From NCBI GenBank assembly GCA_964016885.1, contig OZ024742.1, positions 92,566,001 to 92,630,000 on the forward strand: a stretch of DNA of 64,000 bases. Direction: 5' to 3'. Position numbers and translations under genes: made by a program. The DNA is from Eledone cirrhosa. Taxonomy: Eukaryota. Position 1 is the stretch's first letter. Every line of letters starts with the position of its first letter. Below are positions 1 to 12,392 of this stretch, piece after piece. Under the pieces are notes generated by a model, which worked only from the letters and a program-made list of their open reading frames with translations, was not told where the DNA came from and ran no database searches.

Positions 1-1483
1 ACGCTAAATTCCTCGCTATACTCATTGCTAATCCTAACTTTGCTGACTGCTCCCCTATACATGGCTTGTACAGCTTTCACAAGCCATTCATCTACTCCTA
101 GTTTTCTAAGAGCCCACCAGATTATAGCACGTGGAACTCTGTCAAAGGCTTTCTCGAGATCGACAAATGCCAGGTAGAGTGGCTTACTTTTAGCTAGATA
201 CTTTTCCTGTAACTGCCTCACAAGGAAGAGGGCATCAGTCGTGCCTCTTCCTGGTACAAACCCAAATTGCATCTCATCTAGTTTCACCTGGTCCCTAATC
301 AACTGTGCTATAACTCTTTCTGTTACTTTCATGACCTGGTCCATCAGCTTTATACCTCTATAGTTTCCTCGATCGAGTGCATCACCTTTACCTTTGTAGC
401 AGTTGACAATGATGCTACTGCACCAATCTTTTGGTATGACACCTTCTAGTATTACCTGGTTAACAATACGTGTGGTTATAGTGTGACCTACAGACCCAGA
501 TGCCTTCAGCATCTCGGCAGCTATACCCGATGGACCGGTTGCCTTCCCCATCGTCATATCTTTGATTGCCTTACTACGCTGCTGCTTACTTGTACTGCTG
601 GCCCCTCTATAGGGTCTACTTGGGGGTAGGGTCTCTTCTTCCCATGCATTCTCCTCATTTAGTAATCTATCATAATGACTCTTCCATGCATCTTTCTTCT
701 CAGCACTTGTGAGGGCAAGCTCACCTTTATCATTCCGGATACATTTCTCTCCAATGACATCACAATTCTCTCTGACACACTTCCTCGCAACCTTGAACAC
801 CTCCTGTTTCTGGTCCTCACGTTGCAAAACATGCTTGAATTTTCTATCCTCTGCTTCCCTCCTAGCTAAGTATACTTGTCGCCTCGCTTCCCTCTTGGTC
901 TCTATGTAATGTACCCTGCTCCCCCCGTTCTTCCATTCTTTCCATGCCTGTCTCTTGGCCTTAACTGCCTCATCTACCTTATTGTTCCACCACCAAGTCA
1001 CTCTCCTCCTGCTTGTGGTCTTACTCCAGCCACAAACCTCATCCGTCGCCTCTAGTAAGTTATTTTTTAGGAACTCCCAGTGCTCTTCTACATTGAATGT
1101 CTCTATCTGTTCTTCTCTACTGTCGTAGGCGTTGAGTAAAATATCTTTAAATCTGTTACTGGCTGAGGGGTCTTTCAGCTTCCAGATCTTTCTTCTCCAG
1201 GCTGGCCTCTGTTTCCAGGTTCGTCTAGTTCTGACCGTGAGGTCGCTGACAACTAAGCTATGTTGGGAGGTACATTCCTCACAGGGAAGGCTTTTGTGTT
1301 TCCGACCGTCCATCTGTCACGTCCTCTATCTGACTAGAATGCTCCCCTGATCTATAGGTGATCAGGTGGTTGTCGGGTTTTTTGAAGTTTGTGTTACATA
1401 TCGACATGTCATTGGCGTCGCAGAATTCTAGAAGTCTAAATCGTTCTTCATTTCTTGTGCCAACCCCATGGCCTCCATGGACT
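1..1483 (-). mobile_element. RTE-clade non-LTR retrotransposon fragment (endonuclease C-terminus to reverse transcriptase), frameshifted, runs off the window edge
   Basis: Minus strand reads RT motifs such as GKATGPSGIAAEMLK, NYRGIKLMDQVMKVTER, QFGFVPGRGTTDALF and LYLAFVDLEKAFDRVP; GC higher than flanks. Confidence 0.9.
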
Positions 1484-1557
1484 CTATTTAATAATATAAC
1501 TTTCTCACTTTTAACCGGGTGTTTAGAGCATATATGTAAGTATGATAGGTTTTAGAC

Positions 1558-1864
1558 CAGTGGTTCCCAAACTTTTCCAAATTTTTTTCTCGGCAGTCCC
1601 CTTACCATTTTTTGGATGCCTCACGGTCCCCTATCATATTATGGCAGCATTTCCAAAATTTTTCAAAGACAAAATTTTATGAAATGCATGACAATTTTAC
1701 TACAATTTTATTTAAGTAGTATCAAAATGCTCAAAACTGCTATCATGTTCGATGCTTTCTAAATGTTTATTCAAGAAAAATTGCTTCCTAGATTTAAAAC
1801 TTCAATCTCAGTATACCATAAAAATTTGGCTCAGTCTTCGCAGTCCCAAGTTTGGGAACTACTG
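1558..1864. mobile_element. hAT/Charlie-type MITE
   Basis: TIRs CAGTGGTTCCCAAACTT ... AAGTTTGGGAACTACTG; perfect 8-bp TSD TTTTAGAC at 1550-1557 and 1865-1872. Confidence 0.9.
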
Positions 1865-2018
1865 TTTTAGACAAATATAAACACATTAAAAAACAAACAA
1901 GTTAATATCTTAAAACCAGGGATGGTTTGAGACAACTTGATAACAAAAGTGTTAAAACAAAAAAAGATGAAAAGTGATAAAAAATGGAAGGAAGAAGAGA
2001 GAAGTTGTGAATACGAAC

Positions 2019-2164
2019 CTGTTCCCTGTGTATGACACCCAGTCTGGTCTTGACATAAGGAAAGGCATGGGATGTTGTTAAAATAGTTTTCCTCTTGTAT
2101 TGTTCATTAAGTTCTCCATGTGCACGGCCATTTTGTGTGAAAGGGGTAGCATACATAAAATGTT
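2019..2164 (-). CDS. DOCK7: DOCK7-like exon (DHR2): (K)[48 protein letters not shown]; gene continues beyond the left edge
   Basis: AG acceptor at 2165-2166, GT donor at 2017-2018, phase 1 to 0; matches the DOCK-C DHR2 motif [24 protein letters not shown]. Confidence 0.95.
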
Positions 2165-2317
2165 CTTAAAAAAAAGGACAGCAAACATAGATAATGTTGA
2201 TTAATACACTGGACAAATTACAGACTGCATGGTTGTAGCATGTATTTATTATATCAATACCTATCTACTTTGGTAGATAAGTCACTACAAAAAGAAGTTA
2301 CAGATCTTTGTTCTACA

Positions 2318-2336
2318 GTGTGTGTGTGTATACTGT

Positions 2337-2385
<49 letters not shown>

Positions 2386-2480
2386 TATATACACATACAT
2401 ACAGAGACACATGCATACACACACACATATATATACACACGCATACACACACACACAGAATTATATGCATACACACATAT
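2318..2480. repeat. Compound (TG)/(TA)/(CA) microsatellite
   Basis: Direct inspection. Confidence 0.95.
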
Positions 2481-2527
2481 TTTCACCAACATTATTAAAA
2501 GAAAAACAGTTCCTCCCTCATACATAC

Positions 2528-2618
2528 TTATATTATAGTTCTTCTCAAAATAGGTGACTCGGTCCTTTAATTCATAGGCATCAAAATAGGGTTCAACATA
2601 TGTGATTTGTATATAGGC
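2528..2618 (-). CDS. DOCK7: DOCK7-like exon (DHR2): [30 protein letters not shown]
   Basis: CAG acceptor, GTATGT donor, 91 nt, phase 0 to 1; conserved [13 protein letters not shown] motif. Confidence 0.95.
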
Positions 2619-2715
2619 CTGGTAAAGAAAGCAAAATAACAAATAACTAGATTAAGACGACAAACTTTATAGTGATAAAGAATTCTTTTCATCCTAGGAA
2701 GGTACCATAAAAGTA

Positions 2716-3584
2716 CAGGGTGCGGACGATATTTGTTCGCAATTTTCAACTGCTAATTTTATGCAAATTTTTTTTACTTCCATTGTCACTCTTGTCTTCA
2801 TAAAAACAGTGACTATATTTCCATTATTTATTTTCAGAATAATTGATTATGAATAATTTTGAACCTCCAAATTCTTGGAATCCGCGCTGGGAGGACAAGT
2901 AAGACCAGAAGATCAACTCGCAGAACAGGTGGCTCACTGTCTCATCCAAAGACGTGCCCAGAGTCATGCAGACAAAGTTTCCAGCGACAACATTGGTCTT
3001 AGAGGTGTCGTCAGCAGTCAAGGTGACGTCATGCCACCTCACTTCTTCTCTGAGGGCCTCAAGCTGAACACTGATGGCTACATCTGCGTTCTGAGCGAGG
3101 TAGTAAAGCCCTGGATCGACCAGGTAGCTGCAGGTAGGCCGTACATGTGGCAGAAAGACTCAGCGCCCTGCCATACCAGCCGAAAGACCCAAGCCTGGCT
3201 GTCAGAGAACTTCGTCGACCACACTTCACCTGACATCTGGCCTCCCAGCTCGCCTGACTGCAACCCCCTCGACTTCTTTGTGTGGGGCGCAGTGGAATGA
3301 GACACCAACAGATCTAGCTGCAATACGAAAGATGATCTGAAGGCCAGGATCACAAGTGCCTTTAGGGGCCTAAGTCGGGAGACAGTGACAAAGGCCTATA
3401 GCTGGTTCCGAGGCCGCCTTGAGGCCGTCATCAAAGCCAATGGCGGGTTTATCGAGTGAGATCGAAAGAACAAGTCATGAAGACAAACTGACCCAAGTTT
3501 GATAAATAAATCTTAAAAAATAAAACTACTGTGTTATTTTTTTCATAGACAGTAATCTTTCGAACAAATATCGTCTGCACCCTG
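2716..3584 (+). mobile_element. Internally deleted Tc1/mariner-superfamily transposon, DD37D (maT) type
   Basis: TIRs CAGGGTGCGGACGATATTTGTTCG ... CGAACAAATATCGTCTGCACCCTG flanked by TA; transposase remnant QKDSAPCH...WPPSSPDCNPLD with 37 residues between the 2nd and 3rd catalytic D; premature TGA at 3298-3300. Confidence 0.9.
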
Positions 3585-3589
3585 TAATT

Positions 3590-4110
3590 GATAGTTTTTG
3601 TTACTTAGGTGACCTAATTAGCAGTGGAGGGGTGGCTGCTCTGAAAGCATAGTAGCAAGAATAAGAACAGGCTGGAAAAAAGGTTAGGGAGCTACTACTT
3701 CTGTTGACAACAAAAGGATTCTCTCCATGAGCAAAGGGTGGATTTTATGATGCTTGTGGAATGCAACTTTGCATGGCAATAAGACATAAGTGGTAAATTC
3801 AGAGTATATATGGAGGCTGAAGAGAAATGTAGTGAGCATGATCTGTATCATATATAATGTTAGTGAGCATAAATGACAGGATGTGAATGAACGGAGAAAA
3901 ACATCTGTGTATAAGGGGAATCAGATGCAGCGTGTAAGAAAGAAGTGCCAACTGATGCCAGCAGAAGGAAGCTGCAGTAGAGGAATACCAAGAAAAACCT
4001 GGTTAGAGCTGATATGAAAATACTGAATCTCACAACAAAGATGACAAAGGAATGGAATGGAGGTAGTCTGTGCTAGCATGGACAAGCTGACATAAAAATG
4101 ATGATGATAT
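3590..4110 (+). mobile_element. Degenerate RTE LINE 3' fragment with (ATG)n tail
   Basis: Reads DSFCYLGDLIS..GCSESIVARIRTGWKK; same family as 7213-8423. Confidence 0.75.
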
Positions 4111-4187
4111 CTAGTCATAGAACTTTACACTGGTAGAGTTTGATAATGGTACACCTTGATAGTGATAGAGATTCTGAGTGATACAAT

Positions 4188-4404
4188 TTAACCCTTTTGT
4201 GACCATATTTATTATGAAATATACTCTTTCAATTAAGTAATGCAGAATTTTAAAGAATTTTCTCAAATGATTAATTGTTTTGTTCCTAATATAATAACTT
4301 AACATAAGTTTCTTGTATGAAAATCATTTGAAATAATTGTATAAAAATCATTTGAAATAATTGGTTTTCTTTCATAGAACCATGACTGGTTTTGGTTGGG
4401 TTAA
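4188..4404. mobile_element. TTAA-flanked MITE-like repeat (piggyBac-like termini); related degenerate copies near 8910-9250, 10325-10720, 19740-19910, 55148-55330, 59898-60130, 63587-63831
   Basis: TTAA-CCC...GGG-TTAA ends; recurrent internal motif ACCATATTTCTAATGAAA...AAGCTGGTGTTTG. Confidence 0.5.
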
Positions 4405-4540
4405 TAGTGACAGAGACGTCTATAAGTGATAAAGTTTGATAGTGGTAGAGCCTGATACACTACAGGAAGATAAAAATCAAGAGATCTGTTTCAATGGGAT
4501 GTTGTGAAACATCTGTTACAGTTAGCAACTAAGGACTTAC

Positions 4541-4630
4541 CTTGTCAGGATCTTGTTTTGATCGTTCTACAGTGTTGGAATCTTTTACCATAACCACATT
4601 CCCAACTTCAAAGCAGTCTTCATAGAATGA
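4541..4630 (-). CDS. DOCK7: DOCK7-like exon: SFYEDCFEVGNVVMVKDSNTVERSKQDPDK
   Basis: TTTTCAG acceptor, AAG|GTAAGT donor, 90 nt, phase 0-0; KDSN motif of DHR2. Confidence 0.93.
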
Positions 4631-4973
4631 CTGAAAATATGGAGATTTAGTTACACAAGGGAAATATACTGTAAACGTGATCATTTTTTTATCCTTTCAT
4701 TATCTTATTTCTAATGAAAGATAATGCTTATGATTTTCAAATAATTTTGAAATTAATCAAAAATTTGGAGGGGTTTAGTAATATAACTTTCTCATTATTG
4801 AGCTGGAGTTTGAAGCTTAACTTAAAAATTCTTAAATAAAATTATGATGTCACTTTCTAGATAATTAAAAACATTTTACAGCAGACAGTTTGGTATATAA
4901 AAAGCCCCCCCCCCCTCTGCTAAAAAAGGAATCAGACAAAAACAATATTTCAATAAAATTGAGAAAAACATAC

Positions 4974-5108
4974 TTCAAGTCTATGAGAAATTTCAGGTAA
5001 CTTTGTTATGGCTGGTTCTTTGTATATGAATTCTTCTCCGTCAAGGTCACCAAATTTGTGACCATAGAAGCCGACTCGGAAATAAGTTCCAAAAACTCGC
5101 TTTCCTTC
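4974..5108 (-). CDS. DOCK7: DOCK7-like exon: [45 protein letters not shown]
   Basis: CAG acceptor, GTATGT donor, 135 nt; hallmark [22 protein letters not shown]. Confidence 0.97.
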
Positions 5109-5630
5109 CTGAAAATAGCAATATATAATCATAGTAGTATCAGGAAACGTATACACATTCATTGAGTACTTTTCCTCCTGTTTATACATTAAAACTTGAT
5201 GGATCATCTGGCAATTTCAACAATGAACATTAAATTACTCAATCAGTTATGTATCTAACTCATTAAGTAACGCATAAGTAGCTGAGTGTTCCAGAGAGTA
5301 TTCCCTTAACATAATTCATAAATTGAATCAGCAAGACAATATATGACAAGGACATTTGAAGTAGGTACAATCCATTTGTCAGGCCTGCTCAATTTCACTA
5401 CCAATTCACTGTGTCAACTTGAAGTTATGGTAAAGATGCCATGCTGAACGATCAAATCTGAGTCTCATGATTGCAAAGCAAACTTAACCACTCAGTCATG
5501 CCCCTGGACAGCATTGGTGATGTAGAGAGTGGAGACCGGCATGCATGGGCAACTGCCAGCCTTCTGTAGACATGTGCCGCAGAAGGCAACTTTCTAGGTG
5601 CAAATCCCATCTCACCCCATATATATCTAT

Positions 5631-5673
<43 letters not shown>

Positions 5674-5799
5674 AACACACACACATATATGGAGAAATGC
5701 TTGGATTTTTATAAACAGACACAAATGAAATCTATCACATCATAGAAAGGAAATACATTTTTAACTGTTAATTTTATTCTCTCTCTATCTCTTCATTTA

Positions 5800-6270
5800 T
5801 CAGATTGGACTGGATTGCATCAGATTGGATAGATATTAATCTATCCAATCCAGTCCAATACAGTCTGATCAGATCTGACCCATTTTGATCCAATCCGGAC
5901 CATATTTTTCTGGTCAAAGCTGATCTGATTTGGCCCAATCTGGTACGAAGCAATCAAATCTAATCCAGTCTGATCCAATCCGGCCCAAAGCAATCTGATC
6001 CATCTTGATCTCAATCTGATCCAATCCAATCTGATCTGATCCTGTTTGATCTACTCCAGTTTGATCTGATCCAATCCAGTCTGATCTGATCCAATCCGGT
6101 CTGATCTGATCCAGTCCAGTCTGACCCAATCCAGTTTGATTTGATCCGGTCTGGCCCAATCTTGTTTGATTTAATCCAGTTTGAGCTAATCCAATCCAGT
6201 TTCATCCAATCCAGTTTGATATGATCTGAAACGATGTGGTCTGATCTGGTTTCACCAGATCTGGTCTGAT
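5800..6270. repeat. Degenerate pentameric satellite (GATCT/ATCCA/CCAGT units)
   Basis: Repeated TCTGATCCAATCCAG-like units. Confidence 0.9.
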
Positions 6271-7212
6271 ATATATATAAAAGACAAAGTGAGGTTTCAT
6301 GTTAAGGTCTTTATTGATTATACACAGTTACGACTGTTTCACAGATGAGTGACTCGGGATCTATGTAAGTGCTTCAACTCCAGCTTGATCTGATCATCAG
6401 ACTTGTTAATCAAGCAAAACCAACATATATACACTCTGCCATAGCACAGAGTGCTGATTTTATAGTCAAGCTGCCAGCATTGTCAATAAAAAGAAACACA
6501 GGCACGACATGACCTCCATCCCATCTACACTACTAGTTACAGGTTAGCTCATTAAAGCTCTTTCGTCCACATTCCATGACCTCTTCAATGACTATCAGTT
6601 CTCTTTTGTGCCTCTTGTGTGATGAAAAAACTTTGATGAACCAACAACCAGCAATAAAGATAAAGTGAAAATCATATGGTATGTATGCCTCTTTCCACTG
6701 GAAATACCGGCAACATTACCATGCCCAAGCCCAAACATAATATCAGTTTCAACACACGATTTCACATCAAGAACCTTGCAAAACAAATACATAAACATAT
6801 ATATATCTATCATCATCACCATTTAGCGTCCACTTTTCCATGATTGCATGGGTTAGACGTACCATGCTCCGACAGGGCTGTAATTTATATATATATACAC
6901 ACACATATATATACAACAATCGCCCTAGTGTTAATGCCACAGAGGAATGCACCCAATGCACTCAGCAAGTGGTTGCATTTCTGACATGGTGAAATGCACC
7001 ATTCACTCTGTAAAGTACTGATGCAATGTTAAAATGCACCCAGTACACATTGTAAAGTAGTTGGTATTAAGAAGAGCATCCAGCTGTAGAAACAGTGCAA
7101 GACCAATATGTATGAGCAGGGTATGGTCATCCAACCTGGCTGATCTCAGAACACGACATCCTGCCATCCTACGGCATCCTGGAAGATGATGATGATGATG
7201 TATATATATATC

Positions 7213-8423
7213 ATCATAATCATCGTTTAACGTCCATCTTCCATGCTTGCATGGGTTTGGACGGGAGTTTTCCCACTTGAGGCAAGAGTAGTTGTCTTGC
7301 TCGCATAGGACTGTCTGGCGGGTTTTCTACGGCTGGATGCCCTTCCTAACACCAACCACATTTACAGTGTGGAACTGGGAGGTTTTTACCGTGTTATCTA
7401 CACGGCCACATTAGAGCGTGGACTGTGTGTTTTTTTGTTGTGACACCTACACGACCTCATTTGTTTCGGACTGGATGTTGTGGTACCAACATAACTTTAC
7501 ATTGAAAGGGGTGGTGTGGATGGGGTGGGGGTAGTGGGACAGGGGGTGTATTTTTGTTAGAGGTGCCTACTGACTGTAGTAGGTTTCACTTTGTACTTAG
7601 GTAAGGCAGGTCTTCCGTATTACTGTGTAGCGCCAAAGATCTCAGTCCAGTGACATTGTCTTGGAGAGGTGTAAGTGTGTGAGGTCGGAATTTATCAAGT
7701 CATCCCAGGTTTTTCTGGGTCTGCCTACTCCGTGGCTACCATCTATTTTTATTGCCCTGCACTTTTTTATACAGCTGTCGTCTTTCATGCGCATCACGTG
7801 ACCGTACCAATGTAGTCTTCTCTTGAGTAAACAACATCTGATCCCTCTTATTTCTAATTTTTCCCTTAGTTCGTTTATGCTTTGCCATTCACGTATATTA
7901 CTATTACACATCCAGCGGAGCATGCAAGCTTCATTCCTCTCCAGTCTGCGTATATCCTCTGCACACAATGCCCAGGTCTCACTGCCATGTAACATTGCTG
8001 TTCGTATGCAGGCATCATACAGAGAACCCTTTAGCGGCTAATAGTGGTATAAGCTCTCTGAACTTTTTCCATCCAGTTCTGACTCTAGCTACTGTACTTT
8101 CAGAGCACCCTCCACCACTGCTGATTTTGTCACCCAAGTAACGGAAGGTGTCCACTATTTCTATAGAACCATCTGTGCAATGGAATGAGCTAGTATTCTG
8201 TGGGCACTTGCTGCTACTTATTGCACCAGAGCACTGGCCACATATAAAATCTATATACTGAGTTAGCTTACCTGTGATCCCACTACATCTTTTATGCACC
8301 AATACTTTGCATTTGGGACATAAAATGGAGTTTCTGCCTACTCCTTTCCTACACACTGAGCATGGCCATTTCCCGGATGGGATCGGTGCCCTATTTTCCT
8401 TCCTACAAACTAGAACTTTAGTC
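7213..8423 (-). mobile_element. 5'-truncated RTE LINE (RT C-terminus, Cys-rich region, 3' UTR, (ATG)n tail)
   Basis: ORFs 8015-8356 (CPKCK.LVHKRCSG, FRYLGDKIS) and 7642-7995 (MLHGSETW, RRLHWYGHVMRM, GRPRKTW); near-identical second copy at 22888-23522. Confidence 0.9.
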
Positions 8424-10140
8424 TTATATATATATATATATCATCATCATCATCATCACCACCGTTTTACGTCCATTCTTCCATGCTAGCATGGGTTAGA
8501 CGGGTTGTCTTGTTGTGGGCAGTGTCTGATCGGCTGACCATGCCTTGCTCATACAGGAACTGATTTTGGCTTGGTTTCTACAGCTGGATGCCCTTCCTAA
8601 CACCAACCTCATTTACAGTGAGTGCTGGGTGCTTTTTTCCGTGGCGCCTACACGTCCACTTTACAGTGTGGGCTGGGTGCTTTTTTGCCGTGGCACCTCC
8701 ACGACCACTTTGCAGTGGGAGGGTGTGGGGCATATTGTCTATATGCTTCAGCTTGTACCCATGGGTGCATTCCTCTGTGGTATTAACACTAGGGCGATTG
8801 TTGTATATATGTGTGTATATATATATATATAAATTACAGTCCTGTCGGAGCATTGTACGTCTAACCCATGCAAACAAATAGATAGAAAGAGACTATTAAG
8901 TCTATGTTCTTTAACATTCTCATTACCATATTTTTAATGAAAGACTGCCTATAATTTTCAAATAATTTTGAAAATAATGAAGAACTTGGAGGGATTTAGT
9001 ACTCATTGTTAAGCTGGTGTTTAATACATAACATAAATGTTCTTGACCCAAATTATGATGTAACATTTTAGATAAATATAAACAATTTAAAACAGTTTCA
9101 GATCATTTGGCAACAAAAACAAAACAAAGGAATCTGAATAATTTGGAGGGATTTAATAATATAACTAACTTTCTCATTATTAAGTTGGTATTTGGAGTAA
9201 AACATATCAAAGGTTCTTACATGGAAGTTATGATGGAAGGTTTTGAGAAAAGTATATATCCAAAATTAAATTAAGGTTGTCATGTCAGAGACATGCGCCA
9301 TATTCACTGCAGAATAAGCTCAAAGATTCCAATGAATAGTTCCGAGCATTTTATATCAACTAGAAATAGATTGACACATATATATATAAAATAAACACAT
9401 GAAACAATCTCAGGGAATAATTTGTAAAGTGTGTAAGCACACATAGCTAGGTAGGTAACCAATTAAAGTTTAACTAGAACTTCAAATATAATCATTTTAA
9501 AAGGTATCTATATTTGAAGTTCTAGTTAAACTTTAATTGGCCTACCTACCTAGCTATGTGTGCTTACACACTTTACAAATTATTCCGAGATTGTTTCATG
9601 TGTTTATTTTATATATATATATATGTCAATCTATTTCTAGTTGATATATATATATATATATACACACACATCATCATCATCATTTAACGTCCAATTTCCC
9701 TGCTAGCAAGTGTTGGACAGGTCTACACAGTACTGAAGCGGGGCCACTGGCATCCCAGACAGGCCGAGAAGGTTTGTATACTGCTTATGTATAGTCATTA
9801 TCGAGTTGTTGTGTCTTTGTCACAGCTGAAGGGTCCTCTGAGCCCTTTTTAGGTATGGTTTCTACAGTGAGGTAGAAATGTACCATGTGCATTTTCATGG
9901 CAACATTACAGAAGAGGTTGTTGGTCATAGACCATACAATAAATCACATCGATTCCACAATTATTTTGCAGTTGAGTTTCAGTACTATCCTACAATTATC
10001 ACCTCAACAATGAGGTACAAATGAAACCCATTTGTCACCCAAATGGACTGAAGCAAGTAGAATTATGAAGTAGAATTATGAAGTGTAAGAGAAACAAACA
10101 AAAGAAAGAAGAAAAACATTATCTGTTGAATGTATCTTAC

Positions 10141-10272
10141 CATTTTGGTGATGTTTGTGAAAGCTTCATGTAGTTTATTATGGATGTGTGCCAACCTTTT
10201 ATAATCTCGGTTTGCTTCATGTATTGGAATCAATATTCTGTAAACCTCATTTACAGCTTCATACATGCCACA
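10141..10272 (-). CDS. DOCK7: DOCK7-like exon: [44 protein letters not shown]
   Basis: TTTTACAG acceptor, ATG|GTAAGA donor, 132 nt, phase 0-0. Confidence 0.96.
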
Positions 10273-11510
10273 CTGTAAAATAAGAAAACAAATAGATAGA
10301 AAGAGACTATTAAGTCTATATTCTTTAACATTCTCAGTACCATATTTCTAATGAAAGACTGCCTATAAATTATTATTTTCAAATTAATTTGAAAATAATG
10401 AAGAACTTGGAGTGATTTAGTACTCATTATTAAGCTAGTGTTTAATACATAACATAAATGTTCTTGACCAAAATTATGATGTAACATTTTAGATAAATAT
10501 AAACAATTTAAAACAGTTTCAGATCGTTTGGCAACAAAAACATCCCCACCAAAAAAACAAAACAAAGGAATCTGAATAATTTGGAGGGATTTAATAATAT
10601 AACTAACTTTCTCATTATTAAGTTGGTATTTGGAGTAAAACATATCAAAGGTTCTTACATGGAAGTTATGATGGAAGGTTTTGAGAAAAGTATAAACAGT
10701 TTAAAACAAGCAGCTTTGTATCATAGAAGGCAAAAAAAAACAAAAAAAAAACAAGCATTCTTTTATTGAGAATAAAGTAGAAAAAAATCATAGATAAATA
10801 AATAAAAGATTGGAAATGCATGAAGCAGATTGGCTACTATAACGGTTTCATGCATGTATATTTCAGACACATAAGCCAGTTATGGAAGAACACACCGATC
10901 GTTTGTTTTTGTTTTGAACCATTTCTGCTACATATTTGAAAAAAGGTTAATAGCCCTGAAATATCATGTGGAGATATACTGGGTAAAACATTACTTTGTT
11001 TTGTTTTATTTGTCATCTTTTGCCCGTTATATATTTTTACTGCATTGAACTGACTTTTTGAAACTTATCTGTCTTTGATTCTTTTATTGGTTTCTGTGAT
11101 TGGATTATGTTGTTGCTGGTGTACTGTTTCCTAAGATTAATCAAACCAGTCATTGACAGGTACTTTCGTTTTAAGCCCAGAAGGATATAAGGCAAAGTAG
11201 GCCAACATTTCAACTCGTAATGAAATACCACAAGGTATTTTGTTTGACATTTTGCTGATTCTATCATTCATTAACCATCATGGTAAACAGATATATATTG
11301 AAGACAAATCAAATGCTATCACTTTTGATTTAATAAAACAATCAGTTGCATCGTACCAGTTAAACATATAAACTAACATGCTACGGTATCGGTCCATAAC
11401 ACTCTCTCATTATGTGACACCTTTGGCAAGGGTCTTCTAATATAGTCTTGGAATAAACAATATATTTTGAGTCAAACTTAGTAGATGGAAACTACAGAAT
11501 TCAAATGTAA

Positions 11511-11550
<40 letters not shown>

Positions 11551-11811
11551 AACCTATCCAAGCATGGGAAAATAGAAGTAAAATGATGATATATATTTGT
11601 GTGTACAAGTTTGTGTTTACATCTTTATCACATTATTTTCTGTTTTGTAACATAGCAGTTTGACAAATAAGATAAAAAATAAGTACCACACTTTAAAAGA
11701 ATAACAGGTACTAAACCTTAGATAGGTTGTGCTACAGAAAGGTTGCAGTTTAATAACTGAAACCAGTCACAGAGCATTAACAATTACAGTAACAAGAGGT
11801 GATATACTTAC

Positions 11812-11955
11812 CATTGAAAAGGAACCACATGCCTGTTCGAGAAGACCAATGAGACCACTTTCTGAGAAGTATTTGCCAGTACAAATGCCTTCCTCTTCAG
11901 GAGATACAACATCATCAGATACAGCACTTTCTTCAAGAACATTTGAAGAAATTTT
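11812..11955 (-). CDS. DOCK7: DOCK7-like exon: [48 protein letters not shown]
   Basis: TAG acceptor, GTAAGT donor, 144 nt; matches the DOCK7 [23 protein letters not shown] motif. Confidence 0.97.
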
Positions 11956-12200
11956 CTATGGAGATTAAAGAGAAAATAAAGATGTCACAAAAAGATTTAT
12001 AAAGTGCAATCATTTTAATTTGTGTGTATTTATGTATTTGAGTCGATATCTGTAGTCATGTTCTGTAAATTAGTGGTTTGAGAAATATGCACCAGATTGG
12101 CTCAAATGTTCAATTAACACCCTAGGTTAATTCATTGACTCATGAGAGTAGATATTAATCCCTTTGGAGACCCTTGGTCTACACCATTATTTTAACATCT

Positions 12201-12392
12201 GGGTGGTGGATTGGCAGTATAAGTAGAGGGTCGGACGCCATGCTTTTTCAGCATAGTTACGTCCCTTTAGGATCTGAGTTCAAATCCCGCCGAGGTTAAC
12301 TTTGCCTTTCATCCTTACGGGGTCGATAAAATAAAGTACCAGTAATGTACTGGATAATTGCTGGCCTTGTGCCAAATGTAGAAACAATTATT
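12201..12392 (+). mobile_element. Young tRNA-derived SINE (cephalopod type)
   Basis: A/B-box-like head (GGTGGATTGGCAG...GAGTTCAAATCCCGCC) and conserved body TTTGCCTTTCATCCTTACGGGGTCGATAAAATAAAGTACCAG; several near-identical copies in the window. Confidence 0.85.

Noticed and set aside
5841-6205. DQTG/DWIG repeat ORFs
   Set aside because: Pentameric satellite; no splice or homology support
12201-12290. tRNA-like A/B boxes
   Set aside because: SINE head, not a cloverleaf tRNA gene
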